Assembly: GCA_016278725.1 (NCBI GenBank)
Contig: JADQBG010000008.1
Span: 1,680-65,679 of the forward strand
Source of the DNA: Actinomycetota bacterium
Lineage (GTDB): Bacteria; Actinomycetota; Thermoleophilia; RBG-16-64-13
DNA length: 64,000 bases
Reading direction: 5' to 3'
In this document: positions 53,473 through 63,354 of the stretch, one piece after another
How positions within the stretch are numbered: position 1 is the stretch's first letter
How the letters are laid out: each line of letters begins with the position of its first letter
Notes under the pieces: model-generated
The model's input: only the letters and a program-made list of their open reading frames with translations
Databases searched by the model: none
What the model was told of the DNA's origin: nothing
Program-made: the position numbers and the translations under genes

Positions 53473-55092
53473 TCACCCCGGCCGGCTGCATTCGGCGTTC
53501 GCGCCGTCCATCAGTCCCGCGCCATCGTATGGAGTCGCAGGGCCGCCGGCCAGGCAGGGGGTTGGCTCTGGCATGGTTCCCCCTTCGGGACCGGGCTCCT
53601 CGCCTACCGGCAGCGTTTGTTCCGGGGCGGCCCGGTCTTCGGCTTCGGCCGCCCTCCCTCCGCGGATCAGGGAAAAGGACAGCGCGGCGCTCGTCACGCT
53701 CAGACCGGCCGCGATCCACATCGCCCTCTGGAACCCGTCGGAAAAGCCGGCCGCGCTGAGCTCCTCGGTTCCGGCCACCCCGGCGAGCACCGGGATGAGC
53801 GCAATCCCGATCAAACCGGCGACCCGGGCCACCGCGGTGTTCACCCCCGAAGCCAACCCGGCGCGGCGGTCGTCCAGCGCGGTCAGTGCGGCGGTCGTCA
53901 GCGGAGCGACCGTGGCGGCAAGACCCAGTCCAAACACGAACATGGCGGGAAGTACGACCCCGAAGTACGAGGCCGCCGTGGGCGAAGTCGAATCCGGGGT
54001 GATCCGCGCGACCATCAGGAAGCCCAGAGCCATCACCAGCGGACCGAAGGTCATGGGTAGCCTGGGTCCGATGCGGCTGGCGACCTTCCCGGCGTAGGGA
54101 GAGAGCACCACCAAGAGCACCGTCACGGGCACCAGCGAGAATCCGGCCTCGAGCGCGGAATAGCCGATCTGGCTCTGCAGTTGCAGCACCGACATGAAGA
54201 ACAGGGTGTCGATGGCCGCGTACAGCGCGAGGGTGGCCAAGTTGGCTCCGGTGAATTGCCGTATCCGGAAGACCCCCAAAGGCAGCATGGGATGGGGGCT
54301 GCGTGACTCTACCGCCAGAAATACCGCCATCAGGATCGCTCCGCCTGCCAGGGCACCCAGCACCAGCGGGTGATCCCAACCCAGTTCCCCTCCCTGGACC
54401 GGGGCGAAGGTGAGAAGCGCCAGAGCCATGATGGCCAGCAGGCCGCCGACAAGGTCCAGATGGCCGCTCTCGGCCTCGTCTCGGGTTTCGGGGACGTAGC
54501 GCAGCGCCGCAACGATCGCCCCCGCCGCCAGCGGCAGATTGATCAGGAAGACCCATCGCCAGGAGGCGGCGTCCACCAGCCAGCCTCCCACTAGGGGACC
54601 ACTGGCCACCGCCAACGCCGTCATCGCCGACCAGACTCCGATCGCCTGGCCTTGATCCTGCTGGCGGAAGGTGGCGGTGATGATGGCGAGACTCGAGGGA
54701 ATCATCAGCGCCGCTCCGACTCCCTGGATCGAACGGGCGGCGATCAGAAACCCGATGGAGGGTGCGAGGGCCGCGAGGGCAGAGGCCGCGGCGAAAACCG
54801 CGAGACCGGCGGTGAGCGCCTTGCGTCTACCGAATACGTCTCCAAAGCGCCCGCCCAGGAGGATCAGGGACCCGAGAACCACCAAGTAGCCGTTCAGAAT
54901 CCATTGAAGTCCGGAGAGGCCGGCACCAAGTTCACGTTCGATCGTGGGAAGCGCGAGGGTGACCACCGTGTCGTCCAGGAAAGCCATGCTCGAGGCCAGC
55001 ACGGTGGTGACCAAGACCCAGCGTCCGCAGGTGGTGCCCATGGCCACCCTATCGCCGTAGAGGCGGCAGGCGCGGGCGGCCGCGCCAAACAT
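53473..55092 (-). CDS. DHA2 (EmrB/QacA-like) 14-TM MFS transporter
   Basis: FLDDTVV.LALPTI, GGRFGDVFGRR, WRWVFLINLP; start at 55092 or 55041. Confidence 0.93.
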   Translation of the reverse strand: MFGAAARACRLYGDRVAMGTTCGRWVLVTTVLASSMAFLDDTVVTLALPTIERELGAGLSGLQWILNGYLVVLGSLILLGGRFGDVFGRRKALTAGLAVFAAASALAALAPSIGFLIAARSIQGVGAALMIPSSLAIITATFRQQDQGQAIGVWSAMTALAVASGPLVGGWLVDAASWRWVFLINLPLAAGAIVAALRYVPETRDEAESGHLDLVGGLLAIMALALLTFAPVQGGELGWDHPLVLGALAGGAILMAVFLAVESRSPHPMLPLGVFRIRQFTGANLATLALYAAIDTLFFMSVLQLQSQIGYSALEAGFSLVPVTVLLVVLSPYAGKVASRIGPRLPMTFGPLVMALGFLMVARITPDSTSPTAASYFGVVLPAMFVFGLGLAATVAPLTTAALTALDDRRAGLASGVNTAVARVAGLIGIALIPVLAGVAGTEELSAAGFSDGFQRAMWIAAGLSVTSAALSFSLIRGGRAAEAEDRAAPEQTLPVGEEPGPEGGTMPEPTPCLAGGPATPYDGAGLMDGANAECSRPG

Positions 55093-55281
55093 AGTCTTAC
55101 CTCCAAAAGGTCACTACATATGCTGAACTTTTGACAGAAATACCCGCCGGGGCAACATATTCAACCATTGGACCGGGGTCTCAGACCGAGCCTCGGACGG
55201 TGCGGCTGCGGCGCGTGAATCGAGGGTCGCCCATCCCCGATTGTCAGGGGCGTGAGGTTGTCTCGGCCGATATCGGGGGAG

Positions 55282-55689
55282 ATGCAAAGACTCGTGGGGA
55301 GCTTCGTGGGGAACTTCTTGATCACCTCCGGCGAGGGGACAGAATTGGTGCTGGACATCCAAAGAAGAACGGAGTGCGGGACCCCCTGCCTCCAACTCTC
55401 GGGCGAGGTCGATCGCAGCAATGTCGAGCGATTCAGCGCGGCCCTCGAGGAGGTCTTTAGCGAGGATCGCCACCGAGTGGTGCTGGACTTCACCCATCTG
55501 GTGTTCCTGGATAGCGCGGCCATTTCCGTGATCTTTCGGACGCTCGCCCTATTGTCGCCCGAAGACTGGCTGGCGGTGCTCAACCCCGCTCCCAGCATCC
55601 TTCGCCTACTGCAACTCGTCGGCCTGCCGGAGATCGCCAACTTTCGGGTCTTCGTCAGCCGGCAAGAGATGCACATCGCCCTCGGTTAG
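55282..55689 (+). CDS. STAS-domain anti-sigma factor antagonist
   Basis: LSGEVD, VVLDFTHLVFLDSAAI (phospho-Ser motif), LQLVGL. Confidence 0.88.
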   Translation: MQRLVGSFVGNFLITSGEGTELVLDIQRRTECGTPCLQLSGEVDRSNVERFSAALEEVFSEDRHRVVLDFTHLVFLDSAAISVIFRTLALLSPEDWLAVLNPAPSILRLLQLVGLPEIANFRVFVSRQEMHIALG

Positions 55690-55795
55690 TCTGCGCCGCA
55701 AGCTTCCCTCGACTAGGCTGCAAACGGTTTGACCCAGCCAAAATCGGGTGACAACTGAGAGCAAAGAGGAGTAGCAATGGGTCGAGGAGTGGTGG

Positions 55796-56173
55796 ATGGC
55801 CCTCCCTGAGATCGTACTCTCCCTGCTGAGCGTTGGCTTTGCCCTCATTTTGGTGCTGGCCTTGATGCTTCAATACCGGGCGTTTTCGTTCCGGCGGCAT
55901 CTGGCGAGATGCTATCCCAGGCTCTCACAGTCGGCGTCCGGGAGCCGAGGCGAGGCGCCACGCGAGGGACCTTTCTCCCTTGCGGGCGGTTTCCGGCTGG
56001 TGCTGGCTCCCCCGACGGAGATCGAGCAGACCGGGGAGTACCGCAAATTGAAACGGGAAGAGATATTCCGGCGCCTGCGGTCGGAGGTCTATCTCTTCTA
56101 TCTGGCGCTGGGCGCCTGGCTATGGTTGCTCGCGACCGTCGCGGGCGCGATCGTGCTGGTGCGGATCACCTAG
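55796..56173 (+). CDS. Small membrane protein (2 TM)
   Basis: Hydrophobic N- and C-terminal segments; RBS GAGGAG. Confidence 0.65.
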   Translation: MALPEIVLSLLSVGFALILVLALMLQYRAFSFRRHLARCYPRLSQSASGSRGEAPREGPFSLAGGFRLVLAPPTEIEQTGEYRKLKREEIFRRLRSEVYLFYLALGAWLWLLATVAGAIVLVRIT

Positions 56174-56205
56174 GCGGCTATCCCAGGCGGCGATCGCCCC
56201 GAGGC

Positions 56206-58329
56206 CTACGGCCCCGCCTCGGGTTCCTCGAGTTCCTCGGGTTCCTCGAGTTTCAGGGCGAGAAGCGCCACGTCGTCGTTCAGCGTGCCCTCCGCGAACG
56301 TACGCACGGCCCGGAAGATCACTCCCGGCAGCCTGCGGGTCTCTTCGGTTTGCCGACTCGCCAAGAGATCAGCGAGTCTTTGCTCGCCGAACAGTCCTCC
56401 TCCTGCAGAGCGGGCTTCGATGACTCCGTCGGTGTAGAGCAGCAGCAGTTCTCCCGGCTCCAGAGTGGTCTCACTGGTGGCGTAGAGGGAATCGCCAAAG
56501 CTGCTCAGCGGAGGCGCCGCCGATTTGAGGCGTTCGACCTCCCGGCTCTTGCGGAGCACCAGCGCGGGAGGGTGTCCCGCGGAGGAATAGGCCAGCTTCC
56601 CCGTGCCCACCTCGAGCAGGCCGAAGAAGACGGTGACGAATTTCTGGAACTGCGTGCGGCGCACCAATGCCTGATTGGTCAGGTGCAGCACGGCCTCGGG
56701 GGTGCTTCGCTGGTAGGCGTAGGCTCGGATGGTGTCTTTGACGAGCGAGGCCAGCGCCGCGGCCTCGACGCCGTGGCCACTGACGTCGCCGATCACCAAG
56801 CCCACCCGGCCGTCGGCGACCGAGAACAGGTCGTAGAAGTCACCGCCCACCCGCGCCGCGTGCGTGGCCGAACGGTAGAGGTGGGCGAAGCGCACGCCCT
56901 CGATCTTCTCGGGCACGGTCAGCAGCGACTCCTGCAGCTCTTGGGCGATGCGCAGCTGGGCTTGATAGAGCCGCGCGTTCTCCAATGCAAGCGTGACCGC
57001 GGCGGCGAGCTTTTCGGCGAAGTCGATCTCCGGTTCGGTGATGGGACGGGGCCCCGGAAAGTAGAAGACCACGAGCCCCGTCAGTGACCCCCGCCGGAAG
57101 AAGGGCGCCGCGAGAACGGCGGTCAGGCCGACCTCACGGGCAAAGGAGGAGGCGGCGTACGACACCGCCCGCACGTCGGGAATGGCGATCGCCCGCCGCT
57201 CTGACTCGACGTCGAGGGAAACCGGGGCCGTGGTGCTCTCCAGGAGGCGGGCCACCAAGGACTCGTCCTGGCCCGCGGCGTAGCGGACCAGCCAGCCTTC
57301 GTCCTCGCGCATGGTCACCATGGCGAGTTCGCTCCCCAAGGCCCTTCCGCCTTCGATGACCAGGTTCTGCAGGATCTCGTCAGGATCCAGGGTCCCCAGT
57401 TCGAGGTTGATGCGGCCAAGAGCCTCGTTCAGCCGCTCACGTTGGCGCTCTGCGGTGACATCCACGCCCGTTGCCACGATGTAACGGAGCGATCCGTCCG
57501 GATTGCGCAGAGCCGTGTTTCGCCAGGAAACCCGGACACGGTTGCCGGCCCGGTCCAGCAGGCTGTTCTCGTATTCGCTCTGAAAGTCACCGGATTCGCT
57601 CAGGAGATCCTGGAAGGTTCGGGTCACCCCGCTGCGCTCGTCTTCGGGGATGAACAGCTCAAAGATGGCGCGGCCCTTGACCTCCTCGGCCGTGTAGCCC
57701 GTCTTCTCTTCCGCAGTACGGTTAAAGGCGACGATCCGTCCCTGTCCGTCCAGCACCACGAGCAAAGCCCCAACGCTTTCCAACACGGTCGTACTGAACT
57801 CGTGCTCGGCGCGGAGGGCCTCCTCGGCCTGCCGCAACTCCTCCTCACGGCGGCGCCGGGGCCCGGCGTCGGTGAAGTACACCGAGAGCCCACTGGGAGA
57901 GGGATAGGCTCGGACTTCCGCCCAGAGGTCCAAGGGCGGATAGTACTCCTCGAAGAAGACCGATCTCTGCTCGGTCACGGCCTGTTGGAAGTGCTCCTGG
58001 AAGGGGGAGCCCACGGCTTGCGGGAATTCCTTCCACAGGTTTTTGCCGAGGAGGTCGTCTCGAGTTCGCCGCAGAACCGTCTCGGCATGAGCGTTCAGGT
58101 AGGTGAAGCGCCACTCTCGATCAACGGCGTAGAAGGCGTCGGTGACCCGATCGAGGGCATCGGACGGGGTTTCTAGCCCTTCAAGCGCCGCCTCCAGTCC
58201 TTCAGACCCTTCAGATCCCGTTTTGACGAGATTCTGCGAGTCCGGCTGGGTGCTCAAGATCATCTCCAACTCGTGCGGGGCGTTTCGAGAGGGCGGGAGG
58301 CGCTGCCTGGGGGCCGCCGGCTGCGGCAT
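56206..58329 (-). CDS. PAS-PAS-GAF-SpoIIE/PP2C phosphatase (RsbU-like)
   Basis: Two PAS domains, GAF, VGGDFYD, IGDVSGHG, YSSAGHPP, LYTDGV.E, DDVALL; start re-set to ATG 58329 after GGAGG. Confidence 0.93.
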   Translation of the reverse strand: MPQPAAPRQRLPPSRNAPHELEMILSTQPDSQNLVKTGSEGSEGLEAALEGLETPSDALDRVTDAFYAVDREWRFTYLNAHAETVLRRTRDDLLGKNLWKEFPQAVGSPFQEHFQQAVTEQRSVFFEEYYPPLDLWAEVRAYPSPSGLSVYFTDAGPRRRREEELRQAEEALRAEHEFSTTVLESVGALLVVLDGQGRIVAFNRTAEEKTGYTAEEVKGRAIFELFIPEDERSGVTRTFQDLLSESGDFQSEYENSLLDRAGNRVRVSWRNTALRNPDGSLRYIVATGVDVTAERQRERLNEALGRINLELGTLDPDEILQNLVIEGGRALGSELAMVTMREDEGWLVRYAAGQDESLVARLLESTTAPVSLDVESERRAIAIPDVRAVSYAASSFAREVGLTAVLAAPFFRRGSLTGLVVFYFPGPRPITEPEIDFAEKLAAAVTLALENARLYQAQLRIAQELQESLLTVPEKIEGVRFAHLYRSATHAARVGGDFYDLFSVADGRVGLVIGDVSGHGVEAAALASLVKDTIRAYAYQRSTPEAVLHLTNQALVRRTQFQKFVTVFFGLLEVGTGKLAYSSAGHPPALVLRKSREVERLKSAAPPLSSFGDSLYATSETTLEPGELLLLYTDGVIEARSAGGGLFGEQRLADLLASRQTEETRRLPGVIFRAVRTFAEGTLNDDVALLALKLEEPEELEEPEAGP

Positions 58330-58456
58330 TATAGCCTCCAGGCTCGTGGTCCTGCCATTCAAGGACAACGACCTGGTCTCCTGGCGGGTGGATCTGGGAT
58401 TGCCGATCGGTAGACTGTGCGGTGAAGAATGCCGCATTCCATGGGGAGGTCGCCCA

Positions 58457-59404
58457 GTGTCCGCCGTGATCCAGGTCAACGATCTGCATAAGCAGTTCAA
58501 TCCTCCAGACGGCACCGTGGCCGTCGACGGGGTGAGTTTCACCGTCGCGGGGGGCGAGATCTTCAGCCTTCTCGGGCCCAACGGCGCGGGTAAGACCACG
58601 ACCATCTCCATGCTTTCCTGTCTGCTGCGCCCGACTGGGGGCGAGGCTTGGGTGGCCGGCAGTTCCATCATCGATGAGCCTCGGCAGGTCCGCGATCATC
58701 TGGGGGTCGTTCCGCAGGAAGTTGCCCTCTACTTGGATCTGAACGGCCGGGAGAACCTGCGCTTCTGGGGGCGAATGTACCGCTTGGGCAGCGATGAGCT
58801 CGAGCGGCGGATCGATGAGGTGCTCGACCTGATCGGCCTCGCCGAACGGCAGAAGGACCGGGTGGCGGATTATTCGGGAGGGATGAAGCGCCGCCTGAAT
58901 ATCGGCGTGGCTCTCCTCCACCGGCCGGAGGTCCTCTTCCTGGACGAGCCGACCGTGGGAATCGACCCGCAGAGCCGGCGTTCGATCCTGGACGGCATCA
59001 GAGACCTCAACTCCGCCGGGATGACCGTTCTCTACACCACGCACTACATGGAAGAAGCGCAGGAGATCTCCGACCGTATCGGCATCATGGACCACGGGCG
59101 CATGGTCAACTGCGGCACTCACGCCGAACTGGTCAAACTGGTGGGCGAGGAAACCCGGGTCAACGTGAGTGTCGAGGGGGATCCCGAGAAGGTGGCCAAG
59201 CGTTGGGAAGGCCTAGCCGGGGTGCGGATGCTCTCCCGGGAGGGCTCTGATGTCCGCCTGCTGGTCAAGGATTCCCAGGACGCCATACCCCGCCTCTTTC
59301 AGCAGGCGGAGAGGGCCGGCAGCCGGCTGACCGCGATCACCGTCGAGGAGCCGGACCTGGAGGACGTCTTCCTCCATCTGACCGGGCGGGAACTGAGGGA
59401 CTGA
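58457..59404 (+). CDS. ABC-2-type exporter ATP-binding subunit
   Basis: GPNGAGKTT, YSGGMKRRL, FLDEPTVGID, TTHYMEEA. Confidence 0.95.
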   Translation: MSAVIQVNDLHKQFNPPDGTVAVDGVSFTVAGGEIFSLLGPNGAGKTTTISMLSCLLRPTGGEAWVAGSSIIDEPRQVRDHLGVVPQEVALYLDLNGRENLRFWGRMYRLGSDELERRIDEVLDLIGLAERQKDRVADYSGGMKRRLNIGVALLHRPEVLFLDEPTVGIDPQSRRSILDGIRDLNSAGMTVLYTTHYMEEAQEISDRIGIMDHGRMVNCGTHAELVKLVGEETRVNVSVEGDPEKVAKRWEGLAGVRMLSREGSDVRLLVKDSQDAIPRLFQQAERAGSRLTAITVEEPDLEDVFLHLTGRELRD

Positions 59405-59409
59405 GAGCT

Positions 59410-60693
59410 TTGCGCAATGCCCTGTTCATCTCTTTGAAGGACGTGCGCCGCGCGTACCGCGACCCGGCGGGGCTCGCCATGATGCTGCTGGCGCCATTGG
59501 TGCTGACGCTGCTCCTGGGTGCCGCCTTCGGCGGCGAGGGGGAGCTGAGCCTAACCCCGGTGCCGGTCGTGCTCGTAGACGAGGACGGGGGTGAGTCCGC
59601 CCGCTCGTTGGTAGCTGGGCTGGAGGCGACCGGAGGCGAAGGATTGCTCGAACTCGCTCCCGCGGACACCCGCGAGCAGGCCGAAGCGGCGATCGCCGGG
59701 GGAGACGCGACCGCCGCCATCATCATCCCCGAGGGTTTCAGCGAAGCCTTTTCCGGAGGCTGGAGTCTCGGCGGGGCGAGCGTTCAGGTGGAGCTGCTCC
59801 AGGACCCCGCCTCTTCTTCGGGGCCGCGGCTGGTCGCGGGCGTATTGCAGCAGCTGATCTCCTCCTTCAACGGGGCCTGGGCGGCCGGCGCAGCCGCCGC
59901 CGTGGACGCGGGAGTTCCCGGAACCGACGCCATGCCCGAAGCAGACGGGGGCTTCCCCGCCGAACCCGCGGGAGACCTGGCCGCCGCTCAGGATGCCGCC
60001 GAAGCGGCGGTCCACCGCTTTCGCGAGCTGCAGGCGGGCATCCAGTCGCCTGAGATCGAGTCACGCTCGCCGAGAATCGGGGGCGCGGACGCAACCGAGG
60101 TGTCGGTCACCGGCGCGGTGCTCGCGGGCATGATGGTCTTCTTCATGCTGATCGCCGGAGCCAACGGGGCGCGCAGCATCCTCGAGGAAGACCAGGCCGG
60201 GACCCTGGCCCGGCTCTTCACCACCCCGACGGCCCGGGCGGTGGTTCTGGGCGGGAAGTTCCTTTCTGCCTTCCTCTCCGTACTGCTTCAGGCCGCCATC
60301 TTGGTGATCGCCGGACGATTGCTCTTCGGCATCGATTGGGGCGCGCCGGTCGCCGTCTTGCTGCTGATCCTCATGGGGGCACTGGTGTCCGCGGGGCTGG
60401 GGGTGATGCTCAACTCGTTCGTGCGCACGCCCTCGCAGGCCGGGGCGATAGCGAGCGGCGTGGTGGTGCTCCTGGCGTTGGTCGGGGGCAACTTCACCGG
60501 AACTCTTTCGGCGGGCGGTGCCTTCGATGTGCTGCGTCGCCTGACTCCCAACGGCTGGCTGCTCGAGGCCTGGGATCTGACCATGCGTGGAGCTCCCCTG
60601 GCCGAGCTCATGCTGCCTCTGCTGGCGGTGGCTGGGTTTTCCCTACTGTTCTTCCTGGTGGGGACCTGGTCTTTCCGCAGGAGGTACGCATGA
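59410..60693 (+). CDS. ABC-2-type exporter permease
   Basis: TM1 + large extracellular loop + 5 TM; GTLARLFTTP, LTPNGW. Confidence 0.9.
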   Translation: MRNALFISLKDVRRAYRDPAGLAMMLLAPLVLTLLLGAAFGGEGELSLTPVPVVLVDEDGGESARSLVAGLEATGGEGLLELAPADTREQAEAAIAGGDATAAIIIPEGFSEAFSGGWSLGGASVQVELLQDPASSSGPRLVAGVLQQLISSFNGAWAAGAAAAVDAGVPGTDAMPEADGGFPAEPAGDLAAAQDAAEAAVHRFRELQAGIQSPEIESRSPRIGGADATEVSVTGAVLAGMMVFFMLIAGANGARSILEEDQAGTLARLFTTPTARAVVLGGKFLSAFLSVLLQAAILVIAGRLLFGIDWGAPVAVLLLILMGALVSAGLGVMLNSFVRTPSQAGAIASGVVVLLALVGGNFTGTLSAGGAFDVLRRLTPNGWLLEAWDLTMRGAPLAELMLPLLAVAGFSLLFFLVGTWSFRRRYA

Positions 60694-61826
60694 GCGGGGT
60701 AGCGAGAGTTTGGCCGGTTCTCGGAAAAGAGTTGCTGCAGACCCGCCGCGACCGATTGGCCGCCCTCTTCACCTTCATCCTTCCGATCTTGTTCATGGCC
60801 TTTTTTGGTTATCTGTTCGGGGGGGAGCAATTCACCGAGGTTACCTTGGGGGTGGCGGCCGAGGGGGATACGGCGGCGACCCCCACGGGTGAGCTGTTTC
60901 GGCTGCTCGCCGAGAACGAGGATTTCACGCTGGTGGAGGTGTCTTCCGAAGAGGCCGATGCGGCCGTGAGCGAAGGGGAGCTCGACGCAGCCCTGGTCAT
61001 TGCCGAACCTCTCGATCCGGCCGCGCCGAGCGTGACCCTGATCCGGGATGCTGTATCCGAAGCCGGGTTGGTGGCGGAGGAGACGGTGCGCGCGGCTCTC
61101 GCCGACCTTCAAAGCCGGAGCTTAGCCTTGGAGGCGGCGCCCGCGGGCGCGGACGCCGCCCAGTTCTTCGCGCAGACTCCGGTAGAGCTCGAGCGCACGG
61201 CCCTCGGCAGTGGGGAGGAGATTCCCAGCGGCTTCGAGCAATCCGCGCCGGGAAATATCGTCAACTGGATCCTTTTCAGCCTCCTGACCGTCGCCATCGG
61301 CCTGATCTATGAACGCCAAACCGGCACTCTCGCCCGGCTACGCACCACCGGCGCCGGAGTGATCGACGTGCTCGGGGGCAAGTTCCTCGCCATGGTGCTG
61401 ATCACGCTGATCCAGCAGGCGGTGCTCATCACCGTGGCGCAGGTGGCCTTTGGCGTGGAGTTCACCCGAAGCCCCGCGGCGCTTGCTGCGACCGTCTTGA
61501 CGCTCTCGCTTTTTGCCTCGGCCCTGGGCATGCTGCTCGCCACCCTCTTCAACAGCGAGGGGGCGTTGATTGCCGGCACGGTGATCATCGCCCTGGTCAT
61601 GTCGGCCATGGGGGGCGCCTGGTTCCCTCTGGAGATCACGGGCGACACCTTCTCGGCGGTGGCACACGTGCTGCCGACCGCCTGGATAATCGATGCCTTC
61701 CAGGCGAACATACTGCGGGGAGAGGGCCTCGCCGGGATTTATCCGTCCCTCCTGGTGGCGCTCGGCTGGAGCGCGCTCCTAGCGGCCCTCGCCTTCGTCC
61801 GCCTGCGCCGTTCCTTCCGCGGGTAA
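60690..61826 (+). CDS. ABC-2-type exporter permease
   Basis: ATGA overlap; ERQTGTLARL, GGAWFPLE, LPTAW. Confidence 0.9.
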   Translation: MSGVARVWPVLGKELLQTRRDRLAALFTFILPILFMAFFGYLFGGEQFTEVTLGVAAEGDTAATPTGELFRLLAENEDFTLVEVSSEEADAAVSEGELDAALVIAEPLDPAAPSVTLIRDAVSEAGLVAEETVRAALADLQSRSLALEAAPAGADAAQFFAQTPVELERTALGSGEEIPSGFEQSAPGNIVNWILFSLLTVAIGLIYERQTGTLARLRTTGAGVIDVLGGKFLAMVLITLIQQAVLITVAQVAFGVEFTRSPAALAATVLTLSLFASALGMLLATLFNSEGALIAGTVIIALVMSAMGGAWFPLEITGDTFSAVAHVLPTAWIIDAFQANILRGEGLAGIYPSLLVALGWSALLAALAFVRLRRSFRG

Positions 61827-62357
61827 CGGACGACTCTCCTCCGCGAGCCAGGCGAGCACCTCTTCCCGCAAGAACAAGGGGTTCCCTTCGCGGTCCGCCA
61901 CCGAAGGGGGAAAGGAGGCGAACTCCCGGCGCCAAGCCTCCACCTGAGGTCGAGGTATCTGGGCCAGTTCGGCCACCTCGTCCAGATCCACGAACCGTTC
62001 CTGTAGTTCAGCCCAGGCGTCTTTCCAACGAGCCGCCACCGGCCCCAGCAGAGGGCCCAGGTTTTCGGCGAAGCTGGCCAGGCCGGCAAGGCCTTTTGCG
62101 GTGGCCCGGCCGGCCAACCGGCCCAGTTCCGCGGAGTCGGGCACGCGGGCCAGGTAGTAGGAGATGGGGGCATCGGCGTCAGGCGGCTTCACGGCAAGGA
62201 CGAGGCTGTAATGGCGGGGTTCGCTAACCGGGGTCCAGCGCCAGCCCTGCCGTTCTGCCCTGCTGATCCAGAGGTCGGCGTCCTCGGGCTCGCCGCTGAC
62301 GAGGAGTTCGCCCCGAGATTCCCAGGCATCCGGATCGAGCCGGCGGATCTCGCTCAC
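61779..62357 (-). CDS. Hypothetical protein with C-terminal AlpA/MerR-like HTH
   Basis: [30 protein letters not shown]...[11 protein letters not shown]. Confidence 0.6.
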   Translation of the reverse strand: MSEIRRLDPDAWESRGELLVSGEPEDADLWISRAERQGWRWTPVSEPRHYSLVLAVKPPDADAPISYYLARVPDSAELGRLAGRATAKGLAGLASFAENLGPLLGPVAARWKDAWAELQERFVDLDEVAELAQIPRPQVEAWRREFASFPPSVADREGNPLFLREEVLAWLAEESRPLPAEGTAQADEGEGR

Positions 62358-62376
62358 AGGCGGATCTCGCTCACAG
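62343..62376. repeat. Perfect 17-bp tandem duplication at the EamA/HTH gene junction
   Basis: GCGGATCTCGCTCACAG x2. Confidence 0.95.
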
Positions 62377-63354
62377 TCGGGTCTGCGTGAGCGGGGGCGC
62401 GCCCTCCGGGGGAACGAGCACGTCGGCCTCGGCCGCCACCGGAACCGGCTGTCGCCCCGCCCGGCCTTCCGCGGCGGGCGCTCGACGGAGGCCCCGCGTG
62501 TTCACCAGAGCGACTCCGGCCAAGGCCACGGCCCCACCCAGCAAGGAAAGCGCGCTGGGGACCTCCCTCAGCCAGAACCAACCGATGAAGATCGCAAGGA
62601 CCGGGGAGACATAGAGAAAGCTGGTCACGAGCGAGGCGGGGGCGCGCGAGAGTGCATAGGTCCAGGTGACGTAGCCCAAGGCCGCGGGAAAGATTCCGAG
62701 GTAGACCCCGGCGAACCCGGCTTCCAGACCGGCGTGCGGCAACTGGCTGAGCAGGCCCGGCATGAAGACCAACATGGGTAGCGTGCCCGCCCAGATCGAG
62801 TAGGTGGCGAAGGCGAGGGAGCCGTATCTGCGGGCGTAGGGCTTCTGAAAGACGAAGTACAGGCTGGTGCTGAAGGCCGCGAGCAGGATCAGCAGCGCGC
62901 GGGGGTCGACGCTCAAGCCCTCGGCTTCTCCCACCGCTACGCCCGCAACCCCGGCAAAGCTGACGGCGATCCCCACCCAACCCCAGGGTCGGAGACGTTC
63001 GGAAAGAAAGATGGTCGCAAGCAGCGCGGTGAACACCGGTCCGGAGGCGATCAGCAGGCTGGCAGCGCCGGCGCTCACCGTGACCTCGCCGAAGTTGAGG
63101 CAGAGGTGGTAGACCGTTATTCCCAGGAAGCCCAGCGCGAGGATCCCGGGCAGGTCCCGGCGTTCGGGCAGCGGCAGGCCGGCCACGAGCGCGTAGACCG
63201 CGAGCGCGGCCGAGGCCGTGAGGAAGCGCAGCAGGGCGAGTTCCCCCGGCCCGAATCCTCTGAGGCCGGCGCGGATGGCGGCAAAGGCCGACGCCCAGAA
63301 AAACAAAGTGACGCCGAGCGCAATGAAGGTGCGGGGGCCGCCGTGAGCTGTCAG
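62371..63354 (-). CDS. EamA/DMT-family transporter, probable CTG start
   Basis: [37 protein letters not shown]; GGAGGT 6 nt before a CTG overlapping the ttcA stop. Confidence 0.9.
   Translation of the reverse strand: MTAHGGPRTFIALGVTLFFWASAFAAIRAGLRGFGPGELALLRFLTASAALAVYALVAGLPLPERRDLPGILALGFLGITVYHLCLNFGEVTVSAGAASLLIASGPVFTALLATIFLSERLRPWGWVGIAVSFAGVAGVAVGEAEGLSVDPRALLILLAAFSTSLYFVFQKPYARRYGSLAFATYSIWAGTLPMLVFMPGLLSQLPHAGLEAGFAGVYLGIFPAALGYVTWTYALSRAPASLVTSFLYVSPVLAIFIGWFWLREVPSALSLLGGAVALAGVALVNTRGLRRAPAAEGRAGRQPVPVAAEADVLVPPEGAPPLTQTRL

Noticed and set aside
56220-58225. Short 9-nt repeats at 56220-56250 and 58190-58225 (also 44390-44425)
   Set aside because: In-frame low-complexity linkers (EEPEELEEPE, GSEGSEG, KGSKGSK) within genes; not independent elements.
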